Source: a virus
DNA length: 64,000 bases
Direction: 5' to 3' (one strand)
IMG/VR virus record: IMGVR_UViG_3300044971_004534
A program made the translations under genes and the position numbers. The notes under the pieces are model-generated. The model was not told the origin of the DNA. It ran no database searches and worked only from the letters and a program-made list of their open reading frames with translations. Of the stretch, positions 46,901 to 55,747 are shown piece after piece. The stretch's first letter is position 1. Each line of letters opens with the position of its first letter.

Positions 46901-49900
46901 GGTTATGTTCAGTTTATAAACTTGAGAGAAAACATTGCAAACATGGATACTTGCAAGGGAGTTTATGTTAAACTGACCTCATTTAACAGTCTGTCGTTTG
47001 GTCCTCGTTTCGGAGCGTCTGCTGTTAAGGAAAGTTCTGCATCAGGGTGGACTGTAGCTATTGGATACACTACGTACAATTCTGCACTACAAACATCTTT
47101 GCGTTTAAATTTTTTAAATTTTCCATTAGAAGATGCTATTGAAATAAAGATGCAAGATCCTGTAAGCCCCCTAATTGCTCAAGGCAATGGCGCTGTAATG
47201 CTGTTATATCTTAGTGAAGATATGCAGTCATTTGAGTCAGATGTAAGTGGTCCTATCTTTAATGTGATAGAGGGAACTGGATTTAATTCCAATGCAACTA
47301 CTAAGCCATACTTTGGCTATGACATTGATGCAGATGAAAATCACATTGTTATATCTTCTCCATATGATAGTGGATATTCTGCTTCTGGAGAAAGTTCAAA
47401 TATACTTGAGGGAGGTTCAGTAAGAATATTTGAATTCAACAATCCAATATCTCTTGGCTCAAGAGATGTTAATGTAAATTCTGAATTTAAATTTAATCTT
47501 AATAATTTATCTCAGTACCACCTACCCAGACAGGTTTATAATTTAGGAGCAGGCACTTACAGTGCTCAGTGGACAAAGAAAAAGCTTGGCAAATCAGTAA
47601 AACTGGTTGGAAATAAAGTGCTCGTAAGTTCTTGTGATGATGACTTAAGAAGAGGTCCGTCAACACAGAGCAACTTGTTCGGTAACGTATTTTTGCTAGA
47701 CAAAAATAGTAAAGGCTCTTGGGATATTGTTTCTTCTTCTCATGAAGCTCATAACGGAGACAGATTTGGTCATAAGATTGAAATTTTGCCATTGAATATT
47801 TTGTCAAATGGCAAAGACTTTATAGCTCTTGTTTCATCTCCAGGAATGGTTACATCTGCAGTCCAATTAGAAGATTGCCTGACGTGCAATCCGGCAGATA
47901 CTGACTACTCTTATGGTTCTGGAGTTGTTAAGTCTATTGTTGTATCTGGTGACAAATCTTTTGGTGTTCTTCCATCAAGGATACCAAGTGTTTTGCAGAA
48001 TATAGACAGTGATAATACAAGTACTTATACTTTATCCTCTTCTGCTTTAGGAATAAAGCATGTAGCTCATGATATTAGCAATGGTCCTTTAAATAGCAGA
48101 TATGTGTGGAAGTATTATCCGGCAAGATTGCTTGAAAGATCTGCAATACAGTCTGGGGTTAATGATAATGAAATTCCAAAATTTAGGTTAGCAAAGTTTA
48201 TTAATGATCCATCTCCAACTGGAGAAACTGATTTTGCTTCAACTTATAGTGATGTTGGAGCTTTCAGTATGATATCTGATACTGGCGGTGGAACAGCAGG
48301 TGATATAACAGTAGCAAATCTCCCTATTTATGATAGAGCTAATCTTAATATAAGAGTTATGGAAATGCATCCAAGACCTTATAGAATTGTTGATGCTTCG
48401 ATGAGTTCTTCGTTGGATGAGGCGAGTACTTCGGTAAGTCTGCCAAAACAAATACGCTCTGATTATTTTGATTTTGCAACACCTGCAAAAAATGAACTTC
48501 AAGAAACCATATATTTATATGGTCCAATTTTAAGTCCACAGCAGGGTGCTCAATGGAGCGGCAGTATAAGTCCTTCTAACTCTTTTGGAATTACTCCAGT
48601 GAGGGCTTCGAGATGGCTTATTCCAGTTGCAGATTCTGATGTTAGTAATATATTATACATTAATGGAATAGCAGTTTGGAGCCCAACGGTTTCAAATGTA
48701 GAGTACAATATTGCCGGAGGATATTACTTTAATTCTTCCTCTTTCCTCAGGCCATCTGGTCAGCAGGTTCACACTAACATGACCGGAAACCCTTTGGTAA
48801 AGCCATTTAATGGGACTGTAGACACAAGTAGATGGTGGTCTACTAGGAATTATATTTCTCCTGGGTGCGTTCAACTTCTTGACTCGTCCACTGAGGGACA
48901 TCTAACGGTATGGCCAGCTTTTAATTTTGCTCGTACTTTTACCTCTAGTGGAAACCCTAATCCCCCACCCTTTGGTGGTGCAATACAGGGATTCTTAGAC
49001 ACTAAAAATTTCTATATTGGTAAAGCAGATATCAGGCCAGGTGTGACTTCTGTTGATGCATCACGAATTGATGCTTGCAAAATAGATAAAGCGTATTTTT
49101 GGGGTCTTAAAATTGCAGAGGGCTCTTATAACGTATTTATTAATGCGTACCTAAACGCAACGAGTGTTAATCCCTTTAGAATTCATCAGACAACAAAATA
49201 CCTTGCATGGAGTGGTTGTACTGTTGCTTTGGAGAGAAGTTCTCCGGCTGCAAGCCAATTGGAATACGGTACGTCTTATACTGGCTATGCACCATCTTAT
49301 GAATCTTATGATTTTAATTTAGGTCACATATTAAGTTATCCTCCAATTAATTTCAGATGCACAACTGGAAATGTTGCTCCGAAAAATAGCACCGTTGTTA
49401 ACAATGTTTCTACAATTAGTGCTATTTCTAATGCGCCAAACGGTAGTACGCATGCTCTTTATTTAGATGCAGTTGGCTGGAACTCTTCATTGATGAATGT
49501 GGGAGTTAAAGATATAGTAATACACGGGCATTACAATTATCATGGTTTTAATAAGTCTGCTTCAGAATCTTTACCAGTTGCTGCAATCGCAGATAGAAGA
49601 TCTCAAATAGTAACATTTATTTCTGGTTATGGTTCTAAAATTTCATCAATCAATGGTAGAAATTCAGGTTCATGCTTTTTTGCTCCAAGCATAAAATTTA
49701 CTTGCATTTTAGATTCAGGACTGTCTTCATACAGAAGATGGAAACAAAACTTTGGAGGATTGACAGATTGGAATCACAATGGAGGTGCATATTCAGGTTG
49801 GGGAAAAATTGCAAAAAATCCCACTTTCTTTGCAAACAGCTTTACGAACAATCCAAGTTGGGTAACTGAATCTGGCTTGCCAAATGGTTTTAATGCTAGA

Positions 49901-52900
49901 GTTGCGCCAACAGATACTATGTACATGGTAGATTTGTTTTGGGACTATGATCCTAATGCAACTACTCCAAGTCCTGAAGATTTAAAGACAGCCATATTTA
50001 ATAGTTCTTTCAATAGTACACAAGATATTTATTCTAATTTGCTTTTGCCAGTAAAGGTGTCTGGAAATTTATCCCAATCTCAAGTGAACTTATTTCCATT
50101 AAGGGCTTATCCTCTTAATAGAAATCAAATTAATTTTTCTTCATGTGGTACAACTTGTCCAGCTATTTTGGTGTTCGGAATAGCAGTTAGCGGTTATCCA
50201 GCTACGCAATTTCCTCCCGTAATTGAGCCAACTACTACTTCGCCCTATACTGATACAAGATCTGCACATTTTGGATATTCTTCCAATAATGTTCAGTGCG
50301 CAAACGGAATTTCTGTAAAATATGATAGACAATATACAAATATTGTAGCTTGTAAAACTTTTACAGATGGATTTGGTGTAACTATTGGTGGTGTTGCTGC
50401 AGAGGCTGGAACTCATCTTGCTTCAACAATAACTAGTATTGGTACTAATTGGTGTGGAACTGGAGGAAATACTTCTACTAATGTCGCAACTTATTCATAT
50501 AAATATAAAACTATTCTTTATCCATCTATAACTTCTATAGATTCTCACACTCCTTCTTCTGGATTTAACACCCACAGTACTTATTTTACCGGTGGTGGTC
50601 CATCCCTTTTGCAATGGCATTCTCACTTTGCTCCATCATTCATCGAAACAAATATTGGCAATGGTCCTTTGTCTTTTGGTGCGATTAATGAATTTGCTCC
50701 CTACTACGATGACTTTGCTAATAGTACTACAGGATGGAATACTCCACGTAGTGGTCACAATATTATGTTCTGGGTAAGGCATAAATACAATGCTTCAACT
50801 GTTGCAACTCTCTCGGATGTTTTTCCTGCAAAAATTAATGACTTAGTTGGTAGTTTTTCAGGAAGCATTTATCCTAAATTAAGAAAAGAGTCTGCATTTA
50901 AATACCCATACAAAACAAATATGCTTACCGGGCGCGGCAGGAATGTTCAAATTTCAGCATTGGGTTCAGAACTTCGAAGTATAGGAAGAGACGAGATTGT
51001 TTATCAAAATGAATTTATTTACAGAAAATTATCCTATCATAGGCAAAACAGTTCAGGCACAGTTGTTAACAGTCAATTTTCTCCAGTGCATGAATTCAAC
51101 TCTGTAGAGATTAATTCTTCAGGAACATATACAAATAATCAATCTTTTGTAAATGATATAAGCAGTATTGTCCCTCTCTTGTATTCAGCTAGGTCTATTT
51201 TAGAAAATGATCCTCTCAAGCCGCATATAAGAGAAGAGTATCAGACAGAAACAGTATCAAATGTAAGGTATCGTAGAGCATCTTTGTTTGACAGAGTTAC
51301 ACCTCAAGACTTCTTTACTAATCCAGAAACGCTTGTATGTCTTCCAACATTCAGTATGCCTGACATGCTTGACTTTGCTACCAGTGACAATTCATTTAGT
51401 CATATCTTTGGTATATTGAATAATTTTGCAGACTCTTACGGACCCAATTATCCAGATAGTGCAAATTTAAAGTACATAGGAATGCTCAAAAACACCTTAA
51501 GTACAAACGATAAGAACAATCTAGGTTATAGCTCAAGTTCCCCAACTGCTTCTGCTTTCTGGAAGGCAATAAAAAACGGATTAGCTCACATTATAGATGT
51601 TAATTCTTCTGTAATGTCTCTCAGTAATGGAGAGGACCTATTAACTGTTACCATTTTAGCGTCTTTGAATGGCAATGTATGGACTGGAAGCAATCCAATT
51701 AAACATAGTTTTGGTTGGCAAAATTCTATTTTATCAGAAGAAATATATGGTGGTGGATTAATTTGTGCTGTCATAACGGCTAAAGTAACTAATAATGGTG
51801 GAATTGCTAACGTAAGATCTACATTTGCAAATTCTGCTGCGACCTTATCTAGTTCTAGTGTGAAGGCCAGGGTAAGTGCTGTTCTTGATGGAAATACAGT
51901 TCCAGAAAAGTCATGGTGCAGAATGGGTATTTGGATGCAGCCATTGTTAGGAACAGCTAAGCCTACAAAAGATAACTCTCCATACTACTGGCCAGGAAAT
52001 TTCCCATGGAGTGGGTCAAGCGACATAAAATATCTTGGCATAAATCCAGGAGATCAAGCGGTTAGTCAGACAAAGTTTTTCCATACATCTCCTGGGATGA
52101 TAAAAGTTCCTATTAATAGGTCTTATCTTGCAAAATTAGGCAAACATATTATGTTAAAATATAATACTGGTTCTGAGCAAGATAGATATTTTGCCATCAT
52201 TGGGCCATGTGTATATCATATACAGGATGCATTATCTCTAGACAATGGCCCGCTGTGGTGGGCTAATGAAAGAAAGTCTTCATGTTTTAAAATGCCAAGT
52301 TATTCTTGGGACAGTAGACCTGTCGTGTTCCAAAAATTTGGACTTTCTGTTGCAGAAATCTCGAGTGCATCATCTTATTCTGATTTATTTAAATTCTCTG
52401 CTTATACTGGCCAAGTCCCAAGAATGGTAAAGTCTTTCTTTAACCTTGAATCTTTTACGTCGGATTTTGGAGCAAATAACACTGCCGAGTTTGCGGCCTA
52501 TGGTAGTGTGGGTGGTGGCGCTGGCTCTTTGTTTGCTCCTAATGAGCAATGGTTTGACTACGGCAGTGAAACTTATGGGTTTGCTCCTAGTGGTGCAAAC
52601 GATGCTGTTGCCATACTTGGTGAAGGTATAGGTTTTAATATAAGAGAAGGGAATAAGATTCATGCATTTGTATTCTGGAGAAATGCATTTTATAGAATTA
52701 CTCCTCCTCTAAGTTCTGCTACAGAGTCTCATCCTGTAATAACAGAAATACCAATCAATACAACATATGTTCAAAATGGTGAAACAATAATTATTAAAGA
52801 TCAACTTAAAGCTGCTTATGAACTTCATAGATTAAATGGATTCTTCAATGGAAATACGTCTTTTGTGGTTAGCGGAAATGCTGGCAATGATAACGATAAT

Positions 52901-55747
52901 GCATTTACCTATGTGTTTAAATTCGTATCTAATGGAACGACCGCCAACGGCTTTAGTGGTCCTGGCATGGTTTACGAGGCAAGAGTCGGTGATATAGGTG
53001 CAACTGCAATAAACGATTTGTGCAATCAGGCTTTCAGGTATCAATTATGGATGAGTAGTGATGCAAGTATTTTGGCAATAGGCAATCATAGATGGGACGC
53101 TCAATCTGATCAAATAAGTCCAAACGGCGATCCACTACCTTCGACATTCTATATAGATCTTTATAGAAGAAACGTAACTGGGTCTGGCATTTCATACGTT
53201 AAGCTTTTAGAGCAAGGGTTAAAGCCATCTGATTCTAGTGAAGGTAGGCCGGTCGATGTGTTCTGCTCTTCATTGTGGGGAGTTCAAAGCAGTACAAACG
53301 CTTCTCTCTATGACATATATGTCGCATCTGGAATAGACCCAGATGTTAATGACGCCAATTACTTGGCTCCTACATCTGCTAATTATAGTGCCAGTAACTT
53401 TGAAAACAGAATAGGAAGGGTGACTGTATTTACTGCATCTGTCCCAACCGGAGGACAAGCAAGTAGAAGATCTATTGAGTTAAGCGACATTGTTCCTGCA
53501 ACAGATCCAGCATTCAATGATAACAATAAAGCTTTTGCAAATCTTAATTTCTGGACAATGACTCCAATAAGTGCAAAAAACGGAAGCTGTGGATTGATGT
53601 TCCATCAAAATACTTTAATCGCTTCTTCTCTTGGCTGCCTGATTAAAATGTCTCCCAAGTCTCCCTATCACGGATCTGGATGGCAAATTAGTAAAATTGT
53701 TGGAGCCAATTCTCCTATGCCTTCTATTCCAGTAAAAAGGGCAATTACTCCATATTCTCAATTTGGTTATGTAAATAATAATCCAAATGGTAATTTTGAA
53801 TACGCAATAAATGCAGATATTATGAACATGTCAACTATTGCGGTGCCAACAATTAATTCTTCTGCATCTGCTGGATTTAATAAGCTAGCATCAAAAATAG
53901 CGTTTATAGAGATCGATGTAGACAACAATCCTTATTCAAAGATATTCTCTATATCTAATTATACGTCGATTGTGTCTGGATCTTCTGCAGATGTTGATCA
54001 GTTAGGAGTATTCGATGCAAGTACTGAGCTAAGCAACCCAGTGTGTTATCCTGCCTACACCGCCATAAAGTCTAAGAGAAGCGGCTATTCGGCAGGTCAG
54101 TCTTCTCCAGAAACGCAGATTTACAACCCCAGCATAAAAGCATGGCTGTATGCATATGATTTAGGCAATTCTCTGGGAGATTCGGAATTGCCATACAGCT
54201 CATATGAGTATTCAAAAGATAACGAAGGTCATATACTCGTTAAGCCTCCTGTGCCCGATCTAGAGAAAAAGCAGTTTTATTTTGGTGGTAATGAATTCCT
54301 GACCCTTGATGGAAATAATGTCTATAGAGACTATCATGGACTTATTGGGAATATCAAGGGAACTCTTTTGCAAATGGATTGGCAAGATGTTTCTGGTATA
54401 TTGTGGTGGGGCACTAATGACATATACATCATGAGATCTTACAAATATGATCAGCATTATTCGCCTTCAGCATCAGATATTCTTCTTGAAGAATATGTAC
54501 GCTCAAGAACTTATTATGCAGATGAAAACACGGGTATCACAAGTGTTAATAAAAATGCAATTGTTAAATTTGCTATGCCAAGCAATGCTAATACTATAGT
54601 GCAAAACCCAACTTGTGATGTTAATGATTATATGGGAACTTTAGGATGCGGCTTGACTGGACCAAAAGTCATTACGGTCGCAGCATCCACCAACTATGGT
54701 CTTTACGATGTCCTGCATAATGGAATAACTTCAATAATTCCACTTATGCAGTCAAGAGAAAAATTCGGAAAGCAAAAAACAGTAATTATATTAGATGACT
54801 TCCCTGATCACATGAACAGCCAAATATTTACAGATATTGGTACAAATTATGCAAATATTATGCCGTTCTATAGTTACTCTTCATCGAATACAGTCAATCC
54901 ATACAGGGTATATGCTGAAGATATGTTTATTGACAGCTCTATGCGTTTAATATATAGAAAATCGGACCTCTTGCCATCTATATCAAAGTATCAAAATGGT
55001 TTCTCAATTCCCAATATTAGCGTTAATAACTGTGAGGGACCAATAGTGTTTGCAAGAAAGTCAATATATAGTTCTGCCAATACTAAGTGGAGCTACATGA
55101 TCAAAGACTTGTCTTCTTGCTTTGATCCTCTGTATGGAACAATTTATAATGGCGACAATATTTTACTTACTAGACTTTCTTACATGTATCCCAATTCAGT
55201 TTCGTCTTCTCATCCAGAGGCAGATTGGTATTTTGCTCCAATATCTGAAACTGTGTCAAATGCAGATGTTCCGACATATACTCCATCTATGAGTAAATGC
55301 CTGTGTGTGGGCCTACTTAGAGCTTCTAGTAGAAAGATAGCAAAATGGAAATTAAATTCTTCTTCTGGAGGAAGTTCACTCAGCCTACTTGATATTATAA
55401 CTGTTCAGACTGGAGATCAATCACCAGCCAGAATAAGAACAAGAATAGATACTTCCTCTAGTGGAGCATCAACGATAAAAGACCTTGTATTGTGTGGAAA
55501 AATAAATACTGATATTATAAATGCAGCTCTTAGCAAGTCTGGAGCAACAGATATTCCAAATTTAATGACAAAAATAAAAGACAATTTATATTCAGTAATT
55601 GGCGGTCAAAGCTTTATGGACGCCAACGGATGCATTCATATAGTCGATACAGATTCAGAGGCAAAAATAGATAATACAAAAGAAGAATTTATAAGAGAAT
55701 TTATGAATAAATTTAATGGATTTTATCATGTCATACGAGGCGCATAA
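43952..55747 (+). CDS. giant protein 2 (3931 aa) with poly-Ser linker and FG-GAP-like beta-propeller
   Basis: Uninterrupted 11.8-kb ORF. Ser-rich linker at about 44.62-44.71 kb. Several FG-GAP/integrin-alpha-like blades, for example FGYDISSFGWNGVTYLAVSAP...GRGAVYIF and YFGYDIDADENHIVISSP...GGSVRIFEF. Confidence 0.85.
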   Translation: MIKIRKIIYWHFAVYGGDAETIDPENLPSDSISTLDMGLNEANPIIVNGAPNVRAFSVSTGYEWLIDIFVQDGQTKDLNDENKRTTIRSNNPVASPGFVWFDLAVVELKAVFGNPIVVESLEQLSLVKDDNNDGVRIPVKYMLFGAHKEGETGAQLRNEPDAFFDATNIPNEVSSEGDQGHQEFVEAISSKTFVDEDGVPNSFFINIKHQEEVTKIGCCNIDVSESSSSSSSADSSSSSSEDGASSSSSSSSTDTGSESCPSGLTLRSQPVMHDGNRRVWAVRQTADIHISNNPVYEGNFFADSGVLVRKNYIASELVYADVENVLNGNSSWNSTHWQHAGYISFRENKPYAMGLHQDPVFNKTDLSYSSGNLCAYHAYDDNFELPVTIQSITWDTRGYLWALCSGGAKDATPDSGTTVSGVQSTEGVYALIPGGWKKQPADIIYFGGSNTGNTFEYEDLNSSALVLASLHMRWGCDRSKSKDFLAIVDNDFHIHIKKNANSNINFPEEQNIRNDNGLLLLADNIYAGVEKICVVEAGTTLPYLISYSQLDTDLSSLIATERANNVRYSILACGVDFIVGVSQSSQIKVFVNSSATNVPTQDDADELQSSISTDITDGYSIKKVVCGDSFFAVYLKKTSGESKLYARGYIKDIKIWDGSNYDANFIRPQSWDLSETKPILDVEAFGDYLIIAYAEGLPSASPKSLYYEVATVLDDIPLHNTGSASSAATSKILNYEVLNQLRKIYIDNASNDVDSYITSSNINHLLPSKGLLGYRKFENVNSAYGNLFIHENSEYLHHPYFSQSGSFIPGKMEVKSGMFGYDISSFGWNGVTYLAVSAPTEGPVLSAQNGGVLGQQDGKHGRGAVYIFKRYENGFKLIQKIQHSDTSVIAFGKQVCLYATKNASDEDAMALICSYRGNTSDYTRIYYWNSVEELFEWSEMTDSFIQVNQLTLSPSTSDIKIIEIKRISDHNISVTSFVNNAIEGYVQFINLRENIANMDTCKGVYVKLTSFNSLSFGPRFGASAVKESSASGWTVAIGYTTYNSALQTSLRLNFLNFPLEDAIEIKMQDPVSPLIAQGNGAVMLLYLSEDMQSFESDVSGPIFNVIEGTGFNSNATTKPYFGYDIDADENHIVISSPYDSGYSASGESSNILEGGSVRIFEFNNPISLGSRDVNVNSEFKFNLNNLSQYHLPRQVYNLGAGTYSAQWTKKKLGKSVKLVGNKVLVSSCDDDLRRGPSTQSNLFGNVFLLDKNSKGSWDIVSSSHEAHNGDRFGHKIEILPLNILSNGKDFIALVSSPGMVTSAVQLEDCLTCNPADTDYSYGSGVVKSIVVSGDKSFGVLPSRIPSVLQNIDSDNTSTYTLSSSALGIKHVAHDISNGPLNSRYVWKYYPARLLERSAIQSGVNDNEIPKFRLAKFINDPSPTGETDFASTYSDVGAFSMISDTGGGTAGDITVANLPIYDRANLNIRVMEMHPRPYRIVDASMSSSLDEASTSVSLPKQIRSDYFDFATPAKNELQETIYLYGPILSPQQGAQWSGSISPSNSFGITPVRASRWLIPVADSDVSNILYINGIAVWSPTVSNVEYNIAGGYYFNSSSFLRPSGQQVHTNMTGNPLVKPFNGTVDTSRWWSTRNYISPGCVQLLDSSTEGHLTVWPAFNFARTFTSSGNPNPPPFGGAIQGFLDTKNFYIGKADIRPGVTSVDASRIDACKIDKAYFWGLKIAEGSYNVFINAYLNATSVNPFRIHQTTKYLAWSGCTVALERSSPAASQLEYGTSYTGYAPSYESYDFNLGHILSYPPINFRCTTGNVAPKNSTVVNNVSTISAISNAPNGSTHALYLDAVGWNSSLMNVGVKDIVIHGHYNYHGFNKSASESLPVAAIADRRSQIVTFISGYGSKISSINGRNSGSCFFAPSIKFTCILDSGLSSYRRWKQNFGGLTDWNHNGGAYSGWGKIAKNPTFFANSFTNNPSWVTESGLPNGFNARVAPTDTMYMVDLFWDYDPNATTPSPEDLKTAIFNSSFNSTQDIYSNLLLPVKVSGNLSQSQVNLFPLRAYPLNRNQINFSSCGTTCPAILVFGIAVSGYPATQFPPVIEPTTTSPYTDTRSAHFGYSSNNVQCANGISVKYDRQYTNIVACKTFTDGFGVTIGGVAAEAGTHLASTITSIGTNWCGTGGNTSTNVATYSYKYKTILYPSITSIDSHTPSSGFNTHSTYFTGGGPSLLQWHSHFAPSFIETNIGNGPLSFGAINEFAPYYDDFANSTTGWNTPRSGHNIMFWVRHKYNASTVATLSDVFPAKINDLVGSFSGSIYPKLRKESAFKYPYKTNMLTGRGRNVQISALGSELRSIGRDEIVYQNEFIYRKLSYHRQNSSGTVVNSQFSPVHEFNSVEINSSGTYTNNQSFVNDISSIVPLLYSARSILENDPLKPHIREEYQTETVSNVRYRRASLFDRVTPQDFFTNPETLVCLPTFSMPDMLDFATSDNSFSHIFGILNNFADSYGPNYPDSANLKYIGMLKNTLSTNDKNNLGYSSSSPTASAFWKAIKNGLAHIIDVNSSVMSLSNGEDLLTVTILASLNGNVWTGSNPIKHSFGWQNSILSEEIYGGGLICAVITAKVTNNGGIANVRSTFANSAATLSSSSVKARVSAVLDGNTVPEKSWCRMGIWMQPLLGTAKPTKDNSPYYWPGNFPWSGSSDIKYLGINPGDQAVSQTKFFHTSPGMIKVPINRSYLAKLGKHIMLKYNTGSEQDRYFAIIGPCVYHIQDALSLDNGPLWWANERKSSCFKMPSYSWDSRPVVFQKFGLSVAEISSASSYSDLFKFSAYTGQVPRMVKSFFNLESFTSDFGANNTAEFAAYGSVGGGAGSLFAPNEQWFDYGSETYGFAPSGANDAVAILGEGIGFNIREGNKIHAFVFWRNAFYRITPPLSSATESHPVITEIPINTTYVQNGETIIIKDQLKAAYELHRLNGFFNGNTSFVVSGNAGNDNDNAFTYVFKFVSNGTTANGFSGPGMVYEARVGDIGATAINDLCNQAFRYQLWMSSDASILAIGNHRWDAQSDQISPNGDPLPSTFYIDLYRRNVTGSGISYVKLLEQGLKPSDSSEGRPVDVFCSSLWGVQSSTNASLYDIYVASGIDPDVNDANYLAPTSANYSASNFENRIGRVTVFTASVPTGGQASRRSIELSDIVPATDPAFNDNNKAFANLNFWTMTPISAKNGSCGLMFHQNTLIASSLGCLIKMSPKSPYHGSGWQISKIVGANSPMPSIPVKRAITPYSQFGYVNNNPNGNFEYAINADIMNMSTIAVPTINSSASAGFNKLASKIAFIEIDVDNNPYSKIFSISNYTSIVSGSSADVDQLGVFDASTELSNPVCYPAYTAIKSKRSGYSAGQSSPETQIYNPSIKAWLYAYDLGNSLGDSELPYSSYEYSKDNEGHILVKPPVPDLEKKQFYFGGNEFLTLDGNNVYRDYHGLIGNIKGTLLQMDWQDVSGILWWGTNDIYIMRSYKYDQHYSPSASDILLEEYVRSRTYYADENTGITSVNKNAIVKFAMPSNANTIVQNPTCDVNDYMGTLGCGLTGPKVITVAASTNYGLYDVLHNGITSIIPLMQSREKFGKQKTVIILDDFPDHMNSQIFTDIGTNYANIMPFYSYSSSNTVNPYRVYAEDMFIDSSMRLIYRKSDLLPSISKYQNGFSIPNISVNNCEGPIVFARKSIYSSANTKWSYMIKDLSSCFDPLYGTIYNGDNILLTRLSYMYPNSVSSSHPEADWYFAPISETVSNADVPTYTPSMSKCLCVGLLRASSRKIAKWKLNSSSGGSSLSLLDIITVQTGDQSPARIRTRIDTSSSGASTIKDLVLCGKINTDIINAALSKSGATDIPNLMTKIKDNLYSVIGGQSFMDANGCIHIVDTDSEAKIDNTKEEFIREFMNKFNGFYHVIRGA
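46380..47860 (+). other. FG-GAP (integrin-alpha-like) beta-propeller region within giant protein 2
   Basis: About 6 consecutive repeats of the form [F/L]G-x5-10-hydrophobic strand-(S/G)AP/SSP ... G-x-V-[YFR]-[IL]-F. Confidence 0.6.
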
